Part shown: positions 1-8,657 of the stretch, piece after piece
Layout of the letters: each line of letters begins with the position of its first letter
Numbering within the stretch: the first letter of the stretch is position 1
Assembly (NCBI GenBank): GCA_009839925.1
Contig: VXOS01000142.1
Coordinates: 69,110 to 127,824, forward strand
Source of the DNA: Chloroflexota bacterium
Lineage (GTDB): Bacteria; Chloroflexota; Dehalococcoidia; UBA2979
Direction: 5' to 3'
Length of the DNA: 58,715 bases
Position numbers and translations under genes: made by a program
The notes under the pieces: generated by a model
What the model saw: only the letters and a program-made list of their open reading frames with translations
The model's database searches: none
Told to the model about the DNA's origin: nothing

Positions 1-136
1 GCGCACCGACGTGGCAACTGCGGGGAGGACCGCACGAAATCGCTGCTTCGGCGTCCGAACATGCGGGGAGTTCGCATGTCTGGGCGTGGGCGCGTGCAGG
101 GTACGGCACGTTTCCGTGGATCACCTTTGTGAGGGG

Positions 137-1711
137 ATGTCGCCAATGGCCATCTCCGGGTCGGCCCCACGTAGCGCCGACGGGGCGGCCGCAGTGAGGG
201 ATGAGGCTACCGCAGGGGGACCGATGCTCAATAGCCAGACCGCTGACGCAGGAGACGACTGGCGCCTGTTCCGGGCCGGCGCGTTTCTTGCGTCGGACCC
301 GCACGGGTCCGACGCACCTGACGAATGGGGTGACCTGGAGGAGCGTGAGGACGCCTTGGGCTTGGAGTTCGGACGCCCGTTTTTGCTCCGGCCGGATCTC
401 TCCGCTGACATCAATGTCCTGCTGTACTTCGCAAGTCCTCGCTTCCGGCTCCTGGCGCCAACCTCTCAACTCGGCTACGCCAACAACATCCGAGTGTTCC
501 TCAGCTACCTCACGTCGCAGGGCGTGGAGTGGCGCGAGGCTACCGAAGACCACCTCCTGAACTACCACTACCGGCGCCGACAGAAGCCGATCAAAGGCCA
601 GGCTGTGATCTCGGGTACAGCCTTCGCGCGAGAACTCGCGGCCCTGACTCACTTCTTCGTGTGGCAGCAGGAGAGTGGTGCCATCCAGGAGAGCCCGGTC
701 AAGCTGCGGTCGTACCGCCGGTACGATGGAACGACGGGGATGACTGCGCGGCTCCGCCCGAAGGATGTGCGCGCGTTGGACGTGAAGTGGCTGCTTCCCG
801 ACACGTACCGTGTTTGGAGGCAAGTGGGTCTGGGGGGCTACACCAGGGACGGCCTCCCGGACCGGTCCTGGCGTGGCCGGAACGATGGCCGGAACCTCGC
901 GTTTGCGGACGCGTTGTGGACGAGCGGCTTGCGACGCAAGGAAGCCGGCACGCTGCTGTTGTGCGAACTACCGGCCCCGCGAAGTGACGGCACCCTGTCT
1001 CGTGGTCGCGTCGCGGACGCCGTCGCCAAGGGTCGCGCCCGGAGCTTTTGGATCTCGCAGGCCGGTCTGCAGGCTATCGACGGGTACAGGGAGTCCACTC
1101 GGGCGCTGAGCGTTCTGAGAGCGCAGGCGGCTGGCCGCTACGACCAGATACGCGGACGGCGAATCGTCCGGCGGGTGACTGCGAGCGGGCAGCTCCGCTT
1201 GGAGGATGAAGACGGGAACATCACGACAGAGTCGCTGGATAGCCTTACCGCCGGCGACAGGCAACGGTTGTTCATCGAAGGCGCCCGCGGGTTTGAGCCC
1301 GCAATGCTCTGGCTCTCGGAGTCGGGAATGCCGCTGCGCTTCAACACCTGGAAGATGGTGTTCCACGACGCGAACCGGCGGTGCGAAGCGCTGGGCGTGG
1401 GCATACGATGCTACCCACACATGCTCCGGCACTCCTTCGCGCTGCGTTGATGGGCGATCAGCGCTGAGCAGCTCGGTGCCAGGGAGAACGACAGGCTCGA
1501 TGACTACGTGGGTCGCGCCGACCCCTGGGTGAGGGTTCAGACTCTCCTCGGGCATCGCAGCCCCCAGACGACCCGAGACACTTACCTCGAACCCGCACGC
1601 GAGGTCGACATCGAGCTCATGCTCGCGGGCGACGACGGCATCGGTTCGCGCGATGAAATCTTGGGACTTGTCGCAGATAGGTCACCAAGAGTGCAGGGGT
1701 GGCCGTCCTGA
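137..1711 (+). pseudogene. Tyrosine recombinase/integrase interrupted by in-frame TGA at 1448-1450
   Basis: TSGLRRKE (R), AKG (K) and HMLRHSF (HxxR) precede the stop. The same frame continues WAISAEQ...LLGHRSPQTTRDTY (H and catalytic Y) to TGA 1709-1711, which overlaps the next ATG. Confidence 0.85.
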
Positions 1712-3567
1712 TGTCACCCGGCCGGAATCGCCGCATCTCCTTCCCCGAGCCCGACGATGAGCGTCCCCCAATCCTCAGCGCCGATGGTCTGGTCCTCGGT
1801 CCGCTGATCGAAGAAGACGGGACGGACATGGGCACGTACGACTTCAGGGTCTTGCTGCCGGACTGCCCGCGAGGCCTTGTGGTGCCGCTCGTGGCCGGGC
1901 TCGCCAGGGGTGCGGGTCCCGGGGGGCGATGGCGGAGGCGGGCTTCGGTTCGTCAGGTTGCCGGCGTCTTGCGCACGTTCGTGCGGGAAATCGCAAGGCT
2001 GTACCCCCAGTTGGATTCGATTGAGCGGCTCAGCCCCGAGATGTATCGGACTTGGTTCTGGGAAGTGCGGTCTCGTGTGACGTGGCCGGGCCTCATCGTC
2101 ATCGTGCGTGGGCTCCTCGAGGAGACCGACGGCGTGCCACGAGAGACGCTGCAGGCAGTACGAACGCTGCGGGCGAGCAAGCCGAACCATGGAGCGTCGA
2201 AGCGCTATACCCGGTCCGAGTTCCGGCGCATCCGGTCCGCCCTTCGTAGGAGCGCCTTCGCTGGCCACGCCCGCGTCGAATCGAACGCCGCACACCTGGC
2301 CCTCTATCTGGCCGGGGAGGAACCGGATGACGCGCCGCGATGGCAGCTCATGGACGAGGTCTTCAGTAAGGGCGAGTTCCTAGCTCACCTCGCGCGCACC
2401 GGCAGGCTACCCGACGCGTATTTGGGTGCCGAGCATGTGGAGCAAATACCTGTGCGTGAGTCGTTGGGATGCGTCGCCGGTGGGGTCGATGCGCGAGCGG
2501 CACTCTTCCCGACCGCGTCCGAGGCGTTCGCCCTGGCTGCTCTCATCGCCTGCGAACGCGGGTGGAATCACGCTTCCATCATGGCTCTCGACCTCGACGC
2601 TGTGGAACGTGTCGTCGGCGTGGCGGGTCGAGGCGCAACTTACCGCATCGAACTGGACAAGCCTCGGCGGGGTTCCGGTCGCCGGTTTGGAGCGCAGATC
2701 CTCACTAGGAGGCAGGCTCGGCTCTGGGAGCTGGCCGTCGCCTTCACGCAGCCCGCGCGGGATACGCTCGCCGAGCTCGGCCACCCAACGACTCAGCTGC
2801 TGGTTGCAATCAGCCAAGCCGCCGGCACGACCGGGCCGGGAGGCGTGTTCATCACCGACTGGCTGACCCAGTCTCCGGGCTCATTGGCTTGGCACCGGAA
2901 GGTCGAGCTGGCGGCCGACGACGGTACCCCCTTGAGAGTCACGTTCCTGCGTCTTCGCAAGACGTGGTTCGGGATGCATCGGCGGCCCAACCAGAACACC
3001 GGTGAAGTCCTTGAGCAGTCGTACCTCCGGAACGACCCGGAGGTCGTCGAGCTAGCACTGCAGGAAGCCGAGCACGGGCTGACCGACTGGGTGGAGGGCG
3101 CGAAGGAAGGCATGGTACAGCGGATCGGCACCGACGATCTCGCGGCTGCCCGCGATGGCGTGAGGGACGTACCCGGCATCAGCCAGGAACAGGCAGGGGA
3201 CATCTTGAGTGGGCGTCTCGAGACACCGGGTTGTGTTGCATGTCTCGACATCCATCACAGCCCCCACCCGGCAGACGATGGCGGCGACTGTACGGTCTCA
3301 CCGCTGATCTGCCTGGCGTGCCCTAACGCGGTGTCGACTCCCGCGCATCTCCCAAAACAGCTGGCCCTGGCTGAGGTTCTCAAGAACGCCGCCGCCGCCC
3401 TCTTCCGCACGCCGAGGGAAGGGCAGTATGACCTGCACCTCCTTCGACTCCGAAGTCTCATTGCGCGAGCAACGCCGGCCGAAATCGAGGAGGCGCGTTC
3501 CGCCATAACGGCCGAGGACATCGACAACGCCGAAAGGCTGCTGAGAAGGGAGTTCGACGTATGGTAG
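1711..3567 (+). CDS. Degenerate tyrosine-recombinase-like protein with C-terminal Cys-rich domain
   Basis: ERGWN, DKPRR, LRLRKT and EQSY occupy recombinase motif positions; C-terminal CVAC...C...CLACPNA. TGATG coupling to the upstream gene (alternative GTG start at 1699). Confidence 0.7.
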   Translation: MSPGRNRRISFPEPDDERPPILSADGLVLGPLIEEDGTDMGTYDFRVLLPDCPRGLVVPLVAGLARGAGPGGRWRRRASVRQVAGVLRTFVREIARLYPQLDSIERLSPEMYRTWFWEVRSRVTWPGLIVIVRGLLEETDGVPRETLQAVRTLRASKPNHGASKRYTRSEFRRIRSALRRSAFAGHARVESNAAHLALYLAGEEPDDAPRWQLMDEVFSKGEFLAHLARTGRLPDAYLGAEHVEQIPVRESLGCVAGGVDARAALFPTASEAFALAALIACERGWNHASIMALDLDAVERVVGVAGRGATYRIELDKPRRGSGRRFGAQILTRRQARLWELAVAFTQPARDTLAELGHPTTQLLVAISQAAGTTGPGGVFITDWLTQSPGSLAWHRKVELAADDGTPLRVTFLRLRKTWFGMHRRPNQNTGEVLEQSYLRNDPEVVELALQEAEHGLTDWVEGAKEGMVQRIGTDDLAAARDGVRDVPGISQEQAGDILSGRLETPGCVACLDIHHSPHPADDGGDCTVSPLICLACPNAVSTPAHLPKQLALAEVLKNAAAALFRTPREGQYDLHLLRLRSLIARATPAEIEEARSAITAEDIDNAERLLRREFDVW

Positions 3568-5666
3568 CGCGCGAAGCTCACATGCACGGCGACGGGGAGT
3601 ACGACGCGCCCGTCGAGTTCGGCCCGGATCTGCCTGTACTGGACGGCGCCCGTGCCGCGACCTGGCCCTACGACGAACCGCCACCCCGGATGGGTGACAG
3701 TGAGTGGCCGCTTCCCGGGACCGACCCCGACGGGGCAGGCATGCAGCACACCATAGTGTGGAAGGGCGTGCCCGATGATTTCCTCGAGGGCCTGAAGCTG
3801 GTCGTCCGGTCGCTCCTGAATAACCGAACCCCGCTCGGCGTCTTGGAGCGCAGTAGCTGGGCGCGCTCCCGCCTCAGCGACGGTTCGGTAGCGGCCGCCG
3901 TCGCCGACCTGAAGTACTTCGCTCGCTGGGCCCACGAGCGCGGCATCAGCGACCTTCGAGACGTCGACGGACCTACGCTCTGGGCATACGTCACTCACCT
4001 GAAGAGCCTCGGTGTGTCGCGGAGGATGGGCTACAACCGCGGCTGGGCGTTGACGCGGCTCTGGCTCCACAGCAGGTACTTGCCAACTCGCCACCGGCTC
4101 CGCCAGCCACGGTGGGAGATTCCCGGGCAGCCGAGTCTCACGGAGTTCTTCGGGCCCCCGGAGAAGTACGTGGAGAACACAACCGAACCAATCGACCCGG
4201 ACACGTGGGATGTCATGTGGTCCTGGGCCGAGTGGTTCATCAGGGAGCCCGGGCCCGACATCGTGAGAGCCAAGGAAGCGCGTGACGCAATGAGAGCGGG
4301 TCTGCGCAAGAAGGTCGAGCCCGGCGATGAAGCGCGATTCAAGGAGTGGCTGGCCGCGCGCGAGCGGATTGGTGAGCCCTTGCCGGGGTGGCGCTACCAC
4401 GGCCGTTTGGGCGTCGGCCGCGAGTACATTGCCCTTCAGGCCAACGTTGGTCTCGGCGCGGTTCGCCGCTTTGAAGCCGTACCGGTGGAACGCAGCGCCC
4501 CCCTCGACTGCCGTATCGAAGGGCGTCTTCAGGGTCGGCCATGGACCAACTTTATCGACTACTACGAGATCGACGCCCTTGTGGAGCATCTCGCGACGGC
4601 AGGCACCATCATCATCGCCGCCTTGACCGGAATGCGGGGCCTGGAGCTGCGCTCGCTGGAGCGAGGCTGCTGCCGACGCGTGGATCGCGGTTCCGGAAGG
4701 CCGCCGGGCTACGAGGTGAGAGGCAAGACATTCAAGACAACGGACTCGGACGGAAACGCCGTCCGCGGTGGTCAAATGCGCGATGCCCCGTGGCCGGGGA
4801 TCCCCCCGGTACCGCAGGCCGTTCAGATCCTAGAGTGCATGCACGACGATGCTCTCCTGCTCCCGAGCTACATCTTCGGGAGCAAGCCTGGGCGGGCGGT
4901 GTCGGGACAGCAGTTGAACACATGCATCCAGAGGTTCATGGCGTGGTGCAGTACCACCGCGCGGCAGGCGGGCCTGAACGGGGCGGCCATCCCTGAAGAC
5001 CCGGCTGGGCGCATCACCGTGCGGCGGTTCCGGCGCACGATGGCTCGAGTGGTCCAACTCCGACCGCTCGGGCGAATCGCCAACGGTGTCATGCTGGGCC
5101 ACGCGTCGCTCCGCACCACGGACGGGTACGGCTCGCTCGTGTTCAGTGAGCAGCGTGACACGTATCGGCAAGAGGAGTCACTAGCCATCGCTGCGCGGCT
5201 GCTATCGCTTGCCGAGCGTCTCGACGCAGGGGAGGGCGTGAGCGGGCCCGCTGCGTCGGACCTGCTCTCAGTGGTGACCGAGTTCGCCGGCAAGCACCTT
5301 ACGCCCCGCCAAGACGAGGCGGTGCGCGAGAATCCTGACAGCGCTCTCTATGAGAACGACCATCTGTACCTCATGTGTGTATACCGGGCAGATCGGGCGC
5401 TCTGCCACCCAGATCGGGCCGGCTCACCGAATAGCAACCAAAGCCCGGACCTCACCAACTGCCAGGTGAGTTGCCCGAACGTGGCCTACACCGACCGCAA
5501 CATTGTCGATATGGAGGAAGCGGCGCGTCAGCTACGCGCGGTCGCGGCGTCTCCGGAGGCCCCACTGTTTCTCGTGGTCCGCTCGGCGCAGCGCGCCGAG
5601 CGCATGGAAGAGATCATCGCCAAGCACCGCGAGACGCGCATCGTCAACCCGAGGGATGTGACTTGA
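3561..5666 (+). CDS. Phage-integrase-family tyrosine recombinase with Cys-rich C-terminal extension
   Basis: LTGMRGLE, TFK, RRFRRT and LGHASLRTTDGY motifs; C-terminal MC...C...CQVSCPN; overlaps the upstream stop. Confidence 0.8.
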   Translation: MVAREAHMHGDGEYDAPVEFGPDLPVLDGARAATWPYDEPPPRMGDSEWPLPGTDPDGAGMQHTIVWKGVPDDFLEGLKLVVRSLLNNRTPLGVLERSSWARSRLSDGSVAAAVADLKYFARWAHERGISDLRDVDGPTLWAYVTHLKSLGVSRRMGYNRGWALTRLWLHSRYLPTRHRLRQPRWEIPGQPSLTEFFGPPEKYVENTTEPIDPDTWDVMWSWAEWFIREPGPDIVRAKEARDAMRAGLRKKVEPGDEARFKEWLAARERIGEPLPGWRYHGRLGVGREYIALQANVGLGAVRRFEAVPVERSAPLDCRIEGRLQGRPWTNFIDYYEIDALVEHLATAGTIIIAALTGMRGLELRSLERGCCRRVDRGSGRPPGYEVRGKTFKTTDSDGNAVRGGQMRDAPWPGIPPVPQAVQILECMHDDALLLPSYIFGSKPGRAVSGQQLNTCIQRFMAWCSTTARQAGLNGAAIPEDPAGRITVRRFRRTMARVVQLRPLGRIANGVMLGHASLRTTDGYGSLVFSEQRDTYRQEESLAIAARLLSLAERLDAGEGVSGPAASDLLSVVTEFAGKHLTPRQDEAVRENPDSALYENDHLYLMCVYRADRALCHPDRAGSPNSNQSPDLTNCQVSCPNVAYTDRNIVDMEEAARQLRAVAASPEAPLFLVVRSAQRAERMEEIIAKHRETRIVNPRDVT

Positions 5667-5748
5667 TGCCCCTGACTATAGGACCGCAACGGTCACGGGC
5701 CGGGCGCTGCCGAGCGCCGAATGTGTTGGCGACAGGGATGGGTGCTCG

Positions 5749-6231
5749 ATGAGCAAGGCGAATCAGGTCGAAGCCGCGATCCGCGCCGCTATGGACAGAC
5801 TCCTGAAGGGCGAGCCGATTCGTTCGGATGGGAGCCTGACAGCAGTAGCTCTCGCTGCAGAGTCCGGCGTGTCACGATGGAAGCTCTACGACGAGTACCG
5901 GTATCTGCTCGATGAGTTCGGCACCAGGGCCGCGCTCCAGGACAACACGCCTCGGGCCCTCCGAGACTTGCAGGAGAAGCACGCGCAGCTCAAGGAGCGG
6001 CACATCAGGACCCGCAACAAGCTGGCTCAATCCGCCGCAGATGTGAAGCGCCTGAGCTGTGTCGTCAACGTGCTGGCGTTGGAGAACGCGAAGTGCAAGG
6101 AGAACCACGGCGACCGCCGCGACTCCGACAATCGCCCCGATCGAGGCGGCGGCCCCGATTGGGACGACGGCCCCGATTCCAATGTGACCCCAATCAGCCG
6201 CGCGAAGGGTTTCAGCCACGACACGAACTGA
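5749..6231 (+). CDS. Small HTH + coiled-coil accessory protein (TnpC/GmtX-like)
   Basis: IRAAMDRLL...LTAVALAAESGVSRWKLY HTH-like segment followed by a heptad-rich helix; last gene of the recombinase cluster. Confidence 0.7.
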   Translation: MSKANQVEAAIRAAMDRLLKGEPIRSDGSLTAVALAAESGVSRWKLYDEYRYLLDEFGTRAALQDNTPRALRDLQEKHAQLKERHIRTRNKLAQSAADVKRLSCVVNVLALENAKCKENHGDRRDSDNRPDRGGGPDWDDGPDSNVTPISRAKGFSHDTN

Positions 6232-6319
6232 ACAGGTTCCTGCGCGGGCGCCGGCAGGGTGTCGACGTCGTCCGGCAGGGCCCCGTATCGAGATGCGGCC
6301 TTAGGCGACAGCGCCCGAA

Positions 6320-6343
6320 CAGGAGGGCAACATCCCCCTCCTG
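6320..6343. repeat. 8-bp inverted repeat near element right end
   Basis: CAGGAGGG-caacatcc-CCCTCCTG. Confidence 0.6.
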
Positions 6344-6392
6344 AAGCCCCTCAGTACGCCGACAAAACCCGCTTCGACACGCCGACCCTGAA

Positions 6393-6668
6393 TACAACGC
6401 CGGCTTTTGCGACCCCGGCTTCGGCTACGGCGCGGACCTGCGCGGGACGCAGGCGGTCCTCGAGGTGCGTGCGCACGACGTGCCGTTCATGCTCGAGGAC
6501 GGCCAGCCGATCGCCCGGCTCGCCTTCGAGCGAATGGCGGAGCCGCCGGGCGTGCTCTACGGCAGCAGCGAGCTGGGCTCGCACTTCCAGCGCCAGGGCG
6601 TGAAGCTCAGCCGCCAGTTCAAGGCCCCCGAAGCGAGCATCCGCTTCCAGATGACCAGCGGCCGCTGA
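6393..6668 (+). pseudogene. dcd: 3' remnant of long-form dCTP deaminase
   Basis: Frame reads YNAGFCDPGFGY...AVLEVRAHDVPFMLEDGQ...LYG...SHFQRQGVKLSRQF, matching the C-terminus of DCD-family proteins (HYAGFFDPGFG...LEVR...Q.Q.LKLS..F). Upstream in-frame stop at 6342-6344, and no start codon before the conserved block. Confidence 0.8.
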
Positions 6669-6775
6669 GGCGCCCGCGCGGCCGCAGCGGACACGACAGC
6701 CCTCGCAGCCCGTATCCTTGTCGGACGGCGGTCGGCCCTCGCCGAGGGCGGGCCGCGACCCCGGAGGAGGACCGG

Positions 6776-8041
6776 ATCCCGAGGAAGCGCACTCGCAACG
6801 GTCGCAACGGCGGAGCCGACGGCACGGGCAGGAACGGACGCGGGCACGCGACCGCGCCGGTGCAGGAGCGCGCCTTCCTCGTCGGCCTCGACTACCAGCG
6901 CAAGCCGCTCATGCCGCCTCGCGAGTCGCTGCGCGAGCTGGCGCGGCTCGCCCGCACGGCGGGCGCGACCGTCGTCGGGCAGGCGCTGCAACGGCGGCCT
7001 CGCCCCGACCCCGCGACCTGGATCGGCGCCGGCAAGCTCGAGGAGATCCAGGCGGCACGGGAGACCACGGGCTACTCGCTCGTGATCTTCGACGAGCAGC
7101 TCTCGCCCGCGCAGCAACTCCGGCTGGAGTCGGCGCTCGGCGTCAAGGTGCTGGACCGCAGCGCGTTGATCCTCGACATCTTCGCCAGCCGCGCCCGCAC
7201 CCGCGAGGCGGCGCTGCAGGTGGAGCTGGCGCAGCACGAGTACCTGCTGCCGCGCCTGCGCGGGCAGTGGCGGCACCTCGAACGCACCGAGGGCGCGATC
7301 GGGGCGCGCGGACCGGGCGAGACGCAGCTGGAGACCGACCGCCGCCTGGTCGGCGCCCGGATCAGCCACCTCAAGCGCTCGATCAAGGGCGTGCGCAAGC
7401 AGCGGGCACTGCACCGCCGCCGCCGCGAGCGCGACGGCATCCCGGTGGTCGCGCTCGTCGGCTACACCAACGCCGGCAAGTCCTCGCTGCTGCAGGCGCT
7501 CGCGGGTAGCGAGGCGCTCACCGCCGACGCGCCTTTCGCGACGCTCGATCCGCTGACCCGCCGCGTCGGCGCGCCCGGCGGCCACGCCTTCCTGCTGACC
7601 GACACCGTCGGCTTCATCCAGAAGCTGCCGACGCAGCTGATCTCGGCCTTCCGCGCCACCCTCGAGGAGCTTGAGTCCGCCGACATGCTGCTGCACGTCG
7701 TCGACGCCAGCTCACCCGCCGCGGCGGCGCAGGGCGAGACGGTGCTGGAGACGCTCGCCGACCTCGACCTGACGGGACGGCCGGTGTTCACAGTGCTCAA
7801 CAAGGCCGACGAGCTGGAGCTGCCGGACGGGTCGCTGCCGGCCGCGGAGTCCGACCTCGCACGTCTCGACGGCGAGAATCCGGCGCACGAGTCCGCGCTG
7901 GCGCACCCGGACCTCCCGCACATCGGGACGCTCGTCGTCTCCGCGCTGCACGGCTGGGGCATCGATGCGCTGCGCGAGCGGCTCGCGCTCGATCTCTTCG
8001 GCGAGCGTCCGCCCGCGCCGGCGCTCGCGGCGTCGCGCTGA
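6776..8041 (+). CDS. hflX: Ribosome-splitting GTPase HflX (probable ATC start; alternative GTG 6860)
   Basis: ERAFLVG, DRSALILDIFA, RGPGETQLETDRR, GYTNAGKS, FATLDP, DTVGFI, NKAD. Confidence 0.95.
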   Translation: MPRKRTRNGRNGGADGTGRNGRGHATAPVQERAFLVGLDYQRKPLMPPRESLRELARLARTAGATVVGQALQRRPRPDPATWIGAGKLEEIQAARETTGYSLVIFDEQLSPAQQLRLESALGVKVLDRSALILDIFASRARTREAALQVELAQHEYLLPRLRGQWRHLERTEGAIGARGPGETQLETDRRLVGARISHLKRSIKGVRKQRALHRRRRERDGIPVVALVGYTNAGKSSLLQALAGSEALTADAPFATLDPLTRRVGAPGGHAFLLTDTVGFIQKLPTQLISAFRATLEELESADMLLHVVDASSPAAAAQGETVLETLADLDLTGRPVFTVLNKADELELPDGSLPAAESDLARLDGENPAHESALAHPDLPHIGTLVVSALHGWGIDALRERLALDLFGERPPAPALAASR

Positions 8042-8132
8042 TCGAGGGATTCAGGAACCCCAGCCGCCCTGACCGCGTTATCCTCACAGGGGCCGTTCGC
8101 GCAGCGAGCGGCTCTTGGGCGACAGGAGCACG

Positions 8133-8657
8133 ATGGGCGACACAGCCACACCGCCGGAGGCGCGCGATCCCCGGCGGCACGACGGTCGCGAGACCTTCGG
8201 ACGCTACCTCGACGACTTCGTGGCGGGCGACGAGTTCGTCCACTGGCCGGGCCGCACCATCACCGAGTACGACGACACGCTCTTCGCCGCGCTGACGATG
8301 AACCAGCACCCGGTCCATAGCGACGCGGCGTATGCCGAGGGCACGCAGCACGGGCAGCGCCTCGTCGTCGGGACGCTCGTCTTCAGCCTCGTCGTCGGCA
8401 TGACGGTGCGCGACATCTCGGGTCGCGCGATCGCCAACCTGCAGTACGACGCGGTCCGCCATCTCGCCCCGGCGTTCCACGGCGACACGATCTACGCACG
8501 GTCGACCGTGCTGGGCGTGCGGCGCAGCGAGCGCCGCCCCGACCGCGGCGTCCTCGAGGTGGAGACGATCGCCGAGAACCAGCGTGGCGAGCCGGTGCTG
8601 TCGTTCCGGCGCTCGGTGCTGCTGCCGTGCCGTCCTGCGGACGGGGGCGCGGCGTGA
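8133..8657 (+). CDS. MaoC-family (hot-dog fold) dehydratase
   Basis: HWPGRTITEYD, TMNQHPVH, APAFHGDTIY; AGGAG RBS. Confidence 0.9.
   Translation: MGDTATPPEARDPRRHDGRETFGRYLDDFVAGDEFVHWPGRTITEYDDTLFAALTMNQHPVHSDAAYAEGTQHGQRLVVGTLVFSLVVGMTVRDISGRAIANLQYDAVRHLAPAFHGDTIYARSTVLGVRRSERRPDRGVLEVETIAENQRGEPVLSFRRSVLLPCRPADGGAA

Larger units (their letters stand above)
1..6410 (+). mobile_element. Four-gene tyrosine-recombinase integrative element (Tn554/GMT-like architecture); left boundary uncertain
   Basis: Three overlapping recombinase-fold genes plus a small HTH/coiled-coil gene. By eye, codon usage is less GC3-biased than downstream genes. Right end abuts a truncated dcd gene. Confidence 0.8.

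Noticed and set aside
1448-1450. Selenocysteine or genome-wide TGA recoding
   Set aside because: The position fits Trp rather than a catalytic Cys, and TGA is the normal stop of many genes here, including element genes 1, 3 and 4
6407-6775. Long N-terminal extension of HflX in the ORF track
   Set aside because: Overlaps the dcd remnant in another frame and lies upstream of the SD site
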